This document shows positions 1 through 7,409 of a stretch of 64,000 nucleotides of DNA, piece by piece. The notes beneath the pieces are model-generated. The model had not been told where the DNA came from, did not search any database, and was given only the letters and a program-made list of their open reading frames with translations. Position 1 is the first letter of the stretch. Each line of letters begins with the position of its first letter. Both the position numbers and the translations under genes were made by a program. Source of the DNA: an uncultured Actinomycetota bacterium (GTDB lineage Bacteria > Actinomycetota > Actinomycetes > JAHEKZ01); assembly GCA_963718235.1 (NCBI GenBank), contig CAVQYR010000001.1:1184001-1248000 (forward strand), given 5' to 3'.

Positions 1-362
1 CCCGGCCGGTAGTACTCCCACGGCTCCTGGGCGCCTTGCGCGAGGATCTCGTGAACCCGCTGGTGGAGTCTGAGGAGTCGCCCTTCAGTGGTCACCGCGA
101 GGAATATGGCGCCCTCCTCCCCTGGGAAAGTGCCCAGGGTATGCAGGTCAAGGCGGATGGGCGCTTCCACGAGGACTGAGCGCAGGGCATCGCGGCTCAC
201 GGCCGCGAGCGACTCCGCGATGCCTAGGGTGACGTGGGGTCGGTGCCTGCCGTGTGTCTGGCCAGCCAGGCTGGGGACACCGGCAGCGTCGATGCGAGCC
301 CACAGCCGACGGACGTCGCGTTCCGCGGCCTCGTCGAGGAACATCTCAAGTGCCTGCGCCAT
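1..362 (-). CDS. 2'-5' RNA ligase family / 2H phosphoesterase (runs off the left edge of the window)
   Basis: Not in the ORF track. Manual translation from ATG at 362 gives MAQALEMFLDEAAERDVRRLWARIDAAGVPSLAGQTHGRHRPHVTLG, with the PHVTL (HxT) 2H motif. Confidence 0.75.
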   Translation of the reverse strand, partial: MAQALEMFLDEAAERDVRRLWARIDAAGVPSLAGQTHGRHRPHVTLGIAESLAAVSRDALRSVLVEAPIRLDLHTLGTFPGEEGAIFLAVTTEGRLLRLHQRVHEILAQGAQEPWEYYRP

Positions 363-386
363 GCCTCCCCCTCACCCGAGTGATAC

Positions 387-425
387 TGCCGGATCGACAC
401 CCAGCGAGACGATCGCGAACGGCAC
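387..425 (-). repeat. Cassette-boundary repeat copy R1 (39 bp)
   Basis: Reverse complement GTGCCGTTC-GCGATCGTCTCGCTGGGTGTC-GATCCGGCA; intergenic. Confidence 0.85.
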
Positions 426-461
426 ATCGCGGGCGGTCGATTGCGATCACCTGACTGACGG

Positions 462-998
462 CTACTGCCCGGTGACACCGTCGATGGACTCGCGGAGCAG
501 ATCAGCGTGGCCGTTGTGGCGCGCGTGCTCCTCGATGAGATGGCACAGGATCCATCGCAGCGAAACGCGCTGGCCATCCTCCTGCTCCTCGGAGAGGGCG
601 GGCAGGCCATCAGGTCCCGCCAAGGCATCTGCCACCACCCCGTCCGACACCGCGACAGATTCCTCGAACCAGGCGAAGAGCTGCTCTGGCTCAGCCCCGG
701 CCGCCGTGGCGAAGGACCAGCTGGGGTCCTCAGGGTCCATCTCCGCCAACCATGACGGTCGCGCGACCCCGCCCGCAAACGTCAGGTTGAGCCAGCCCGC
801 CTCCACCACCGAAAGGTGCTTCAGCAGGCCACCCAGAGTCATCGTGGTTGGTGCCAGCGGAGTCGAGAGTTGGATCTTGGTGAGGCCTGAGCACTTCCAA
901 CGCAACGTGTCGCGCTGGTAGTTGAGGAATCCCAACAGCGTGGCGGCCTCATCTTGTGCGACTGGAGGATCTACACGGTCATCAGCACCGAACATCAT
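462..998 (-). CDS. DinB/DUF664 family protein (putative mycothiol transferase)
   Basis: Motifs EAATLLGFLNYQRDTLRWKC, TLGGLLKHL and EEHARHNGHADLLRESIDG. Confidence 0.9.
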   Translation of the reverse strand: MMFGADDRVDPPVAQDEAATLLGFLNYQRDTLRWKCSGLTKIQLSTPLAPTTMTLGGLLKHLSVVEAGWLNLTFAGGVARPSWLAEMDPEDPSWSFATAAGAEPEQLFAWFEESVAVSDGVVADALAGPDGLPALSEEQEDGQRVSLRWILCHLIEEHARHNGHADLLRESIDGVTGQ

Positions 999-1056
999 CG
1001 CGCGACCGTAGCAACGCCTTCGACGTTTGGCGAGGCACCGAGGAGGCGATCGCGAA

Positions 1057-1094
1057 GACCGGTTGGCTCGTCAGAAGACGATGCAGATCGGCAC
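1057..1094 (-). repeat. Cassette-boundary repeat copy R2 (38 bp, degenerate)
   Basis: Reverse complement GTGCCGATCTGCATCG...CAACCGGTC followed by TTCGCGATCGCC. Shares agacgat-N3-gaNcggcac with R1. Confidence 0.65.
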
Positions 1095-1122
1095 GTCGGA
1101 GCGGTTCTGGCATCCTGCCGTG

Positions 1123-1599
1123 ATGACCGTGGACGCTGTGACATGGCGCAACACCCGACCGAAGAAGCGCGTAGGCGCTGGTGTGCTCGTCCGTGACGAG
1201 AAGGGTCGAGTGCTGCTGGTCGAGCCGACCTACAAGGAGTCCTGGGAGATCCCTGGCGGGTCGGTGGAAGCCGACGAGTCACCGCGGACTACCTGCGCAC
1301 GCGAGGTCGAGGAAGAACTCGGACTCAGGCGCGGCGTCGGACGGCTGTTGTGCATGGAATGGCAAGGGCCGGCCCCCGATCGCAGCGAGTCCCTGATGTT
1401 CATCTACGACGGCGGCGTGGTCTCAGACCCCTCTGCCATCCGTCTCCCATCCGACGAACTGGCTTCGTTCAGGTTCGTCGACCCGGGCGAGTTGGACGCC
1501 TTGATGGTGGAGCGACTTGCGCGTCGGATTCGTGCCGCTCTCAGGGCGCTCGCCGATGACACTGTGGCTGAACTGGAAGACGGGGCACCCGGCGAGTAG
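1123..1599 (+). CDS. NUDIX hydrolase
   Basis: Nudix box GGSVEADESPRTTCAREVEEELGL. ATG 1123 lies 6 nt after a CATCCT -10-like hexamer. Confidence 0.9.
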   Translation: MTVDAVTWRNTRPKKRVGAGVLVRDEKGRVLLVEPTYKESWEIPGGSVEADESPRTTCAREVEEELGLRRGVGRLLCMEWQGPAPDRSESLMFIYDGGVVSDPSAIRLPSDELASFRFVDPGELDALMVERLARRIRAALRALADDTVAELEDGAPGE

Positions 1600-1632
1600 A
1601 AGGTTCGTTCGCGCGACGTAGGCGAGAGCGAA

Positions 1633-1671
1633 TGCCGGATCTTGTTGCACGAATGCGAACGAGAACGGCAC
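1633..1671 (-). repeat. Cassette-boundary repeat copy R3 (39 bp)
   Basis: Reverse complement GTGCCGTTCTCGTTCGCATTCGTGCAACAAGATCCGGCA; 37/39 identical to R5. Confidence 0.9.
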
Positions 1672-1686
1672 TTCGGCGCGGCTGGC

Positions 1687-2295
1687 CTACGGCTTGGTCC
1701 ACTCCAACGAGTAGCGGTAGTACGCACGACGGCGCAGCCTGGCACCTGGGAGCGGGAGCCGGGCCTGGTCGCGAATGTCTGTCAGCGTTTCTGATGGCTC
1801 GACGGTTGGCACGTCGTCGGGCCACTGCTCGTGGCGCAGCGCTCCGACAACGCGAGCCCGGGGTATCGAGGCCACGGCGAACGCGAAGTCCGCCTTCGAC
1901 GCGATCCGCGTGAGACCGAGGACGTAGAGCCGGCCACCGGGGCGAAGCAGTCGCACGCATCGACGAAGTGCGGCGCTGGTGTCCATGTGGTGGAGGGTCG
2001 CAACGACAGCGACGAAGCCGAAGGACGACTCGTCGAGGCTGGCCTCGTCGAACGTGCACTCGACGAGGTTCACGTTGGTCAGGTTAGCGCAGCGTCGCCG
2101 GGCCCGCTCAGCTGCTTGCGGGTCCGGCTCGATCCCGACGACGTGCCGTCCTGTGCGAGCCATGCGCGACAACAGCAGTCCATCGCCGCACCCGATGTCC
2201 AGCACATCCCCGACCGTCTCGTCGCACCGACGAAGGATCTCTACGTGGAAGGCCGTGTTGTGGTTCCAGTACGCATCAGGCGACTCGGGAACCAC
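1687..2295 (-). CDS. Class I SAM-dependent methyltransferase
   Basis: Motif I VLDIGCGDG, plus ATLHHM and LLRPGGRL. Confidence 0.9.
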   Translation of the reverse strand: MVPESPDAYWNHNTAFHVEILRRCDETVGDVLDIGCGDGLLLSRMARTGRHVVGIEPDPQAAERARRRCANLTNVNLVECTFDEASLDESSFGFVAVVATLHHMDTSAALRRCVRLLRPGGRLYVLGLTRIASKADFAFAVASIPRARVVGALRHEQWPDDVPTVEPSETLTDIRDQARLPLPGARLRRRAYYRYSLEWTKP

Positions 2296-2306
2296 CCGAG
2301 CGATAC

Positions 2307-2435
2307 TGCCGGGTCTCGCGCCTTGGGTTCAAGGAAGTGACGCAACACCCTGAGTTGTAGGGGTGTTGGATTGATGGGTCGTCCGAAGTTTCCGAAGCAG
2401 TTCGAGCGGTCGTTCTGGGCGAGCGAGAACGGCAC
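2307..2435 (-). repeat. Cassette-boundary repeat copy R4, arms separated by ~90 bp of extra sequence
   Basis: Arm tgccgggtc at 2307-2315 (2293-2315 is 21/23 identical to 373-395) and arm gaacggcac at 2427-2435. Confidence 0.7.
2324..2410 (+). mobile_element. Possible IS30-family left-end remnant
   Basis: GGGTTCAAGGAAGTGACGCAACACCC...GGGTGTTG hairpin, then ATG GGT CGT CCG (MGRPKFPKQFER). Resembles actinobacterial IS30 ends from memory; no transposase body follows. Confidence 0.4.
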
Positions 2436-2511
2436 ATCCGTGCCGTGAATCGGTTGGGTAGGGCTGCCCGTAGGCCCGTTGGGCCGTCGGTCACCACAGG
2501 GTGAGTGAGGA

Positions 2512-2940
2512 TCAAGTGTTGTTCACGATGCGTTGCCCGAGCGAGCAGTCGGAGGACACTCCGCCGTAGTCGAGACAGACGCGAGGGCGGACATCCAGGA
2601 TCTTGCGATGACGGCGGTAGATGTTGTAGTAGGAGACGTCGCCGTGGTCGCCACCCGCGCAGCCCTCGCCGTTGTTGAGCCACTCCGTCGAACCGTGGGA
2701 GCCATTGGCGAAGTCGATCACGAAGTTGCCCTTGACTCCCTTTCCGTCACACGACAGGTCGACCACGTCGACCTTCACTTGGAACTTCGAAGCGCCGTCG
2801 AAACCGACGGACCCCGACATCGTTCCATGACCGTTGCCGGTTTGGATCATGAAGTCTTGCCAGATGCCAGCCTGGGCTGTTGAGGGAGCGAGAAGACCGC
2901 CGACAAGCCCAACCGCGATCACATACCTTCGCAACCTCAT
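2512..2940 (-). CDS. Hypothetical secreted protein (142 aa, 4 Cys)
   Basis: Signal peptide MRLRRYVIAVGLVGGLLAPSTAQA; the mature part looks beta-rich. Confidence 0.75.
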   Translation of the reverse strand: MRLRRYVIAVGLVGGLLAPSTAQAGIWQDFMIQTGNGHGTMSGSVGFDGASKFQVKVDVVDLSCDGKGVKGNFVIDFANGSHGSTEWLNNGEGCAGGDHGDVSYYNIYRRHRKILDVRPRVCLDYGGVSSDCSLGQRIVNNT

Positions 2941-3029
2941 CTGGACACCACCGCCAAGAGGACCGGTACCGTGCGTCCAATCGTAGTCCGACGCCTCGCC
3001 GAATGTCGGCGATCTCATCCCAGGCCACC

Positions 3030-3180
3030 CACCGCCGCGGAGCGGTGGGCGGCTGACCTCGGCATCCCCGCCTACGCCATCGACGAGCAGACGGCCATCA
3101 AGGTCGTCGACGGCTCCGTCGAGGTGATCTCCGAGGGGCAGTGGACACCGTTCGGGGTCACGGCCGCCGAGCAGTCGTGA
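3030..3180 (+). pseudogene. C-terminal fragment of a peptidase E (S51)-like / type 1 glutamine amidotransferase-like protein
   Basis: AAERWAADLGIPAYAIDEQTAIKVVDGSVEVISEGQW resembles the C-terminus of actinobacterial peptidase E; the N-terminal part is absent. Confidence 0.6.
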
Positions 3181-3273
3181 AGGCGCGCCGTGGCACAAGA
3201 CCCGGCGGCAAGCGGGATCCTCACTCCGGACGTCGCTGTACAGGTCGTCGCATCAGTCCGAGCCCAAGCGGAC

Positions 3274-3306
3274 GTGCCGATCGGCTCGCCCCGCGTGGCG
3301 TCGGCA
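3274..3306 (+). repeat. Possible shortened cassette-boundary repeat
   Basis: GTGCCGATCGGCTCG...TCGGCA, 33 bp, upstream of the second DinB gene. Confidence 0.4.
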
Positions 3307-3347
3307 AGCTCGTTGCCCCGCGACATTCAGCCTCCTACCCTGACCGG

Positions 3348-3944
3348 GTGACGGAAGCGGACCTGAAGTCTGTCCTCGTCGGTCGTCTCGACCGGCTCAA
3401 CCAGGCTGTCCAGCACAAGCTCGAGGGTCTGTCGGAGTACGACTTGCGCCGACCGATGACCCCGACCGCGACCAACCTGCTCGGCGTCACGATGCATCTT
3501 GCCAGCCTGCAGTCGGAGTACTTCGGCAAGACCTTCGGCAACCCCTTCCCGCGAGAAGACGAGTTGTACTTCCTCACCGACGAGGACGCCGACCCGCAGG
3601 ACGACCTCTGGGTTCGCCCGGAGGCGACGTCGGAGTGGGTGGTCGGGCTCTATCGCGCCACCTGGGATCACGCCATGGAGACATTCGCGACGCTGGACCT
3701 GGACTCGCCGGGTCAGATTCCGACGAGTCCCTACGCGGAGGTCACACTCGGCGAGATGCTGGTGCACATGGTCGACGAGACCGCTCGCCACGTGGGACAC
3801 ATGGACATCGTGCGTGAGTTGATCGATGGTGCTGTCGGCAGGCACGCCGGCGACGGGAACATCATCGACGGCTATGACTGGGCTGCGTACCGGAGACGCG
3901 TGGAGGCCGGAGCCCGGGAGGCCGAGGAACGCGCCGAGTCCTGA
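3348..3944 (+). CDS. DinB/DUF664 family protein
   Basis: LEGLSEYDLRRPMTPTATNLLG and ETARHVGHMDIVRELIDG. GTG start 6 nt after TACCCT. Confidence 0.9.
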   Translation: MTEADLKSVLVGRLDRLNQAVQHKLEGLSEYDLRRPMTPTATNLLGVTMHLASLQSEYFGKTFGNPFPREDELYFLTDEDADPQDDLWVRPEATSEWVVGLYRATWDHAMETFATLDLDSPGQIPTSPYAEVTLGEMLVHMVDETARHVGHMDIVRELIDGAVGRHAGDGNIIDGYDWAAYRRRVEAGAREAEERAES

Positions 3945-3988
3945 GTTCAGTGCGCCACTCGGCCTGAAGCATCACCGACCGATCCGAA

Positions 3989-4027
3989 GTGCCGTTCTCG
4001 TTCGCTTCCGTGCAACAAGATCCGGCA
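3989..4027 (+). repeat. Cassette-boundary repeat copy R5 (39 bp)
   Basis: GTGCCGTTCTCGTTCGCTTCCGTGCAACAAGATCCGGCA followed by ACGCGCTCGCC. Confidence 0.9.
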
Positions 4028-4059
4028 ACGCGCTCGCCTGCGAAGGGCATGATGCAGGC

Positions 4060-4959
4060 GTGAAGATGCACGAGGGCGAACTCGACGTCAATGCTGAGTT
4101 GGTTCGACGGTTGGTTGCGGACCAGTTCCCGCAGTGGTCGGATCTGCCGATCGTTCACGTCGCACCTGCGGGCTCTGTGAATGTCATCTTTCGGGTGGGC
4201 GATTCATTGGCCGCCAGGTTTCCACTCCAAGCGGGCGACCCGGAAGAAGTCCGAGATTGGCTGATGCAAGAGGCTCGGGCAGCGTCTGAGTTCGCGGCCG
4301 TGTCGCCCGTTCGGTCGCCGAGGCCCATGGCGCTGGGAGAGCCAGGGCATGGCTATCCGCTGTCGTGGACGGTCCAGGACTGGCTACCCGGGCGCGACGC
4401 CATCGCGGAAGATCCTGCAGTGTCCGCGGCCTTCGCGCTGGAACTCGCGGATCTGCTGGCCTGTCTGCGTGAGGCAGACACGGGAGGGCGGCGTTTCTCG
4501 GGTGGAGGGCGCGGGGGCCATCTACCAGACCACGACGAGTGGATGGACCTGTGCTTCGCCAAGAGTGTGGGACTCGTCGACGTGGAGACATTGCGGGGTC
4601 TCTGGGAGAGCCTGCGGGTCCTTCCTGAGGTTGACGAGGACGTCATGTGTCACGGCGATCTGACTCCGCAGAACGTGCTGGTCGATGCGGGCCACTTGGT
4701 GGGAGTCCTCGACACTGGCGGCTTCGATGCGGCGGATCCGGCGCTCGATCTGGTGTCGGTCTGGCACCTGCTCGATTACGAGCGCCGGGAACTGGTCCGG
4801 CAACACTTGAAGTGCGGCGACGTTCAGTGGCATCGCGGGATGGCGTGGGCTCTCCAGCAAGCGATGGGTCTCGTCTGGTATTACGCCGAGACGAACCCGA
4901 TCATGAGTCGGTGGGGCCTACGGACTCTGGATCGCCTCGTGGGCGCGTCCGCCGCCTAA
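4060..4959 (+). CDS. Aminoglycoside phosphotransferase (APH) family kinase
   Basis: Brenner motif HGDLTPQNVL, GVLDTG and DPALDL. Start is GTG 4060 or ATG 4066. Confidence 0.9.
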   Translation: MKMHEGELDVNAELVRRLVADQFPQWSDLPIVHVAPAGSVNVIFRVGDSLAARFPLQAGDPEEVRDWLMQEARAASEFAAVSPVRSPRPMALGEPGHGYPLSWTVQDWLPGRDAIAEDPAVSAAFALELADLLACLREADTGGRRFSGGGRGGHLPDHDEWMDLCFAKSVGLVDVETLRGLWESLRVLPEVDEDVMCHGDLTPQNVLVDAGHLVGVLDTGGFDAADPALDLVSVWHLLDYERRELVRQHLKCGDVQWHRGMAWALQQAMGLVWYYAETNPIMSRWGLRTLDRLVGASAA

Positions 4960-4997
4960 GTGCCGTTCTGGCTCGGTCACTTTCGCAGGATCCGGCA
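4960..4997 (+). repeat. Cassette-boundary repeat copy R6 (38 bp)
   Basis: GTGCCGTTCTGGCTCGGTCACTTTCGCAGGATCCGGCA begins immediately after the APH TAA stop. Confidence 0.9.
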
Positions 4998-5066
4998 TCC
5001 GGTGCTGCACCTTGGCGCCGCTTGGTGCGCTACCCGCCGACGCGCTCGCCGCGCTATCGTTCGAGA

Positions 5067-5681
5067 GTGTCAGCCACGATCATCGGCGTCCCCATGGAAC
5101 ACCTCATCCCGGCTGGGATACTCGGCCCGGATCCCGTGACCGTGAACGTGCGAGCCTTCTTCGTGCCCCACGAAACCGGTCTTACGCTCGTGGACACCGG
5201 GCTGGACCCCGGTGGGGAGGCCCTCGATCTGGCATTGGCAGACGCCGGAGCGTTATGGACGGATGTCTCGGATGTCGTGATCACCCACGCCCATCCCGAT
5301 CACGTCGGGGCCCTCGACCATGTGCGCGTGGCAGCGCCCCAAGCCCGGATTCACTCCAACCCTGCCGAGGGGATGGCTGGGACGCTGCCCCTGTGGGACG
5401 GGGACACCGTGAACAGCCTGCGGGCGATAGCGACTCCGGGGCATACGGCAGGGCACCTGAGCTTGATCGATGAGAGCCAAGCGACGCTGCTGGTTGGGGA
5501 CTGTCTAGGCGTGGTCGACGGGCAGCTCGTGCGGGCCCCTGCGCAGTTCACCGCAGACGGCGAGCAGGCCGAGGCGTCACTCCATCGCCTGCTCAGCATG
5601 CGCGGGTCTCGAATGCTGTTCGCCCACGGCGAGGAGCTCTCTGAACCGTGGGCCGACCTTGAGGTCCTCCTCCCAGACTGA
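5067..5681 (+). CDS. MBL-fold metallo-hydrolase
   Basis: THAHPDHVG, TPGHTAGH, VGD and AHG motifs. GTG start 6 nt after TATCGT. Confidence 0.9.
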   Translation: MSATIIGVPMEHLIPAGILGPDPVTVNVRAFFVPHETGLTLVDTGLDPGGEALDLALADAGALWTDVSDVVITHAHPDHVGALDHVRVAAPQARIHSNPAEGMAGTLPLWDGDTVNSLRAIATPGHTAGHLSLIDESQATLLVGDCLGVVDGQLVRAPAQFTADGEQAEASLHRLLSMRGSRMLFAHGEELSEPWADLEVLLPD

Positions 5682-5718
5682 TCAAATCGCGCTCCACGGC
5701 TGGGCACGATTCGGCGGA

Positions 5719-5756
5719 GTGCCGTACTCACGCGCTTCGGTGAGAACGAACCGGCG
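5719..5756 (+). repeat. Cassette-boundary repeat copy R7 (38 bp)
   Basis: GTGCCGTACTCACGCG...GAACCGGCG followed by TCCGCGCTCG. Confidence 0.8.
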
Positions 5757-5892
5757 TCCGCGCTCGTCGGCTTGTGTGACCCCTGCCGGCACCCGCCGGC
5801 CACTGCTAGGGGTCAAACTGATGAATCTGTCCGCGCGCTCCGGCCGAGCGTGACCGCTGGGCGGATCTGTCACACGGGACCGGGAGGCCATC

Positions 5893-6303
5893 GTGGTAGC
5901 CGACGAGAATGTTGCAGCTGTGCGGGACTTCATCGAGCGGGCGTGGAACGGCGGTGACGAGTCGGTCTTCGAGGAGCACCTTTCTGTGGATTTCCCGCTT
6001 CCGGGAGGCCGAGACGGGTTCAAGCGAATGATCTTCAAGTACCGGCAGGCGTTCGCGGACTTCCACATGGAGGTGCACGACATGTTCGGTGCGGAGGACA
6101 AAGTCGTGACCGTGCTGACGATGCGCGGAACACATGTGGGCGAGTTCCTCGGCGTGGCTCCGACTGGCCGGAGCATGTCGATCTCCGGCATAGCCGTGGA
6201 CATCATGCGCGACGGCCAACGTGTCGGTGGTGGCGCGCAACTAGATCACCTCGGGTTACTCCAACAGCTCGGAGCAGTCAGCGGGGCGTGCTCGATGTTC
6301 TGA
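5893..6303 (+). CDS. SnoaL-like ester cyclase
   Basis: AFADFHMEVHDMFGAEDKVVTVLTMRGTHVGEFLGVAPTGR; GGAGG RBS upstream. Confidence 0.9.
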   Translation: MVADENVAAVRDFIERAWNGGDESVFEEHLSVDFPLPGGRDGFKRMIFKYRQAFADFHMEVHDMFGAEDKVVTVLTMRGTHVGEFLGVAPTGRSMSISGIAVDIMRDGQRVGGGAQLDHLGLLQQLGAVSGACSMF

Positions 6304-6433
6304 CACAGTTCATAGCCGTGCCGTGTGACGGCAGCCGTGAACAGCGCAAGCCGAGTTCGCTCGAACCCGTCACGGCGACCACTGTTCGAGGCCATCTGCG
6401 ACCGGACAACCGACGTCACATGACCGCGCAGAT

Positions 6434-6472
6434 GTGCTGTTATCCAGCGCGTCATGAAGTGCTGATCCGGCA
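6434..6472 (+). repeat. Cassette-boundary repeat copy R8 (39 bp)
   Basis: GTGCTGTTATCCAGCG...GATCCGGCA followed by TTCGCGCTCG. Confidence 0.8.
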
Positions 6473-6535
6473 TTCGCGCTCGTCTCGCCGTGTAACCAGT
6501 TGGCCGGTTGACCGCTGGCCGATGTACTTGACCTC

Positions 6536-7372
6536 ATGCCGTGCAACGTCCTTGTTACCGGCCAGCGTGGACTGATCGGCCTGTACGTCGTAGCGGAGTT
6601 GGAACGTCAGGGGCACATTCCTGTGGGCTTTGATCTCCAGGACGGCCAGGACGTGCGCGACCGCACTGCGTTAGCGGCTTCGCTGTCAGGCTGCGACGCC
6701 GTGATCCACCTTGCCGCCGCTGATGACCCGCTACCGGCTGAGGTGATCGTGGACAGCATCGTGGTCGGAACCATGAACCTTCTGGATCTTGCGGTGGCCC
6801 AGGGGTGCCATCGGGTGGTCATTGCCTCGAGCGTGGACGCACTCGGGATCTTCATGAGCAAGGCACCTCCGGACTATCTGCCGATCGACGATGCGCATCC
6901 CGCCCGTCCGGGAACCCCATACGGGGCCGCAAAGCGGGCCGCCGAACTTCTGGCGGAACGGGTCGCCGCTTCCACTGACCTAGAGGTGATCTGCCTCCGA
7001 CCGCCCGGCGTCTGTGACGACGCAACGATGGCCAAGATTCGCGCCAATCGCGTCGAGCGTGCCTCCTATGAATGGGAACCGATCTGGGAGTACAGCGCCT
7101 GGATCCATGTCGAGGATCTCGCCCGCGCCCTTGTGGCTGCCTGCTTCTGCCCGCGCTCTCCCGGCTCGTTCGCCTGCGTGCTGGTGGCAGCCTCGGATGT
7201 CAACTCCGATGAGCACTCGGGTCGTGATCTCGCTGCCGTCGTCCATCCCACGGTGCCGTGGCGAGGAGGAGCCGAGTACCACACCGATCCCCGACGATCG
7301 CTCATCGACTCGACGAAGGCCGTCGAGATGCTGGGGTGGGCTTCGAGGATCCTGTGGACCGACCGAACCTAG
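6536..7372 (+). CDS. NAD-dependent epimerase/dehydratase (extended SDR)
   Basis: VLVTGQRGLIG Rossmann motif, VIHLAA, and YGAAK (YxxxK). Confidence 0.9.
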   Translation: MPCNVLVTGQRGLIGLYVVAELERQGHIPVGFDLQDGQDVRDRTALAASLSGCDAVIHLAAADDPLPAEVIVDSIVVGTMNLLDLAVAQGCHRVVIASSVDALGIFMSKAPPDYLPIDDAHPARPGTPYGAAKRAAELLAERVAASTDLEVICLRPPGVCDDATMAKIRANRVERASYEWEPIWEYSAWIHVEDLARALVAACFCPRSPGSFACVLVAASDVNSDEHSGRDLAAVVHPTVPWRGGAEYHTDPRRSLIDSTKAVEMLGWASRILWTDRT

Positions 7373-7409
7373 GTGCCGATATGCAGCGCTGAGGTCGATT
7401 CCTGCGGCG
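7373..7409 (+). repeat. Cassette-boundary repeat copy R9 (degenerate right arm)
   Basis: GTGCCGATATGCAGCG starts directly after the TAG stop and ends ...GCGGCG, followed by CTCG. Confidence 0.55.

Noticed and set aside
6318-6356. Extra repeat copy starting GTGCCGTGT after the SnoaL gene
   Set aside because: It lacks the CG at positions 15-16 and a recognisable right arm; at best a decayed copy.
387-7409. Repeats read as a CRISPR array
   Set aside because: The intervals are whole genes of 0.5-1 kb, the repeat middles vary, and there are no cas genes.
387-7409. Repeats read as classical attC sites or intrinsic terminators
   Set aside because: There are no RYYYAAC/GTTRRRY ends, only ~5-bp terminal complementarity and no U tract. 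Copies also occur between both divergent and convergent genes.
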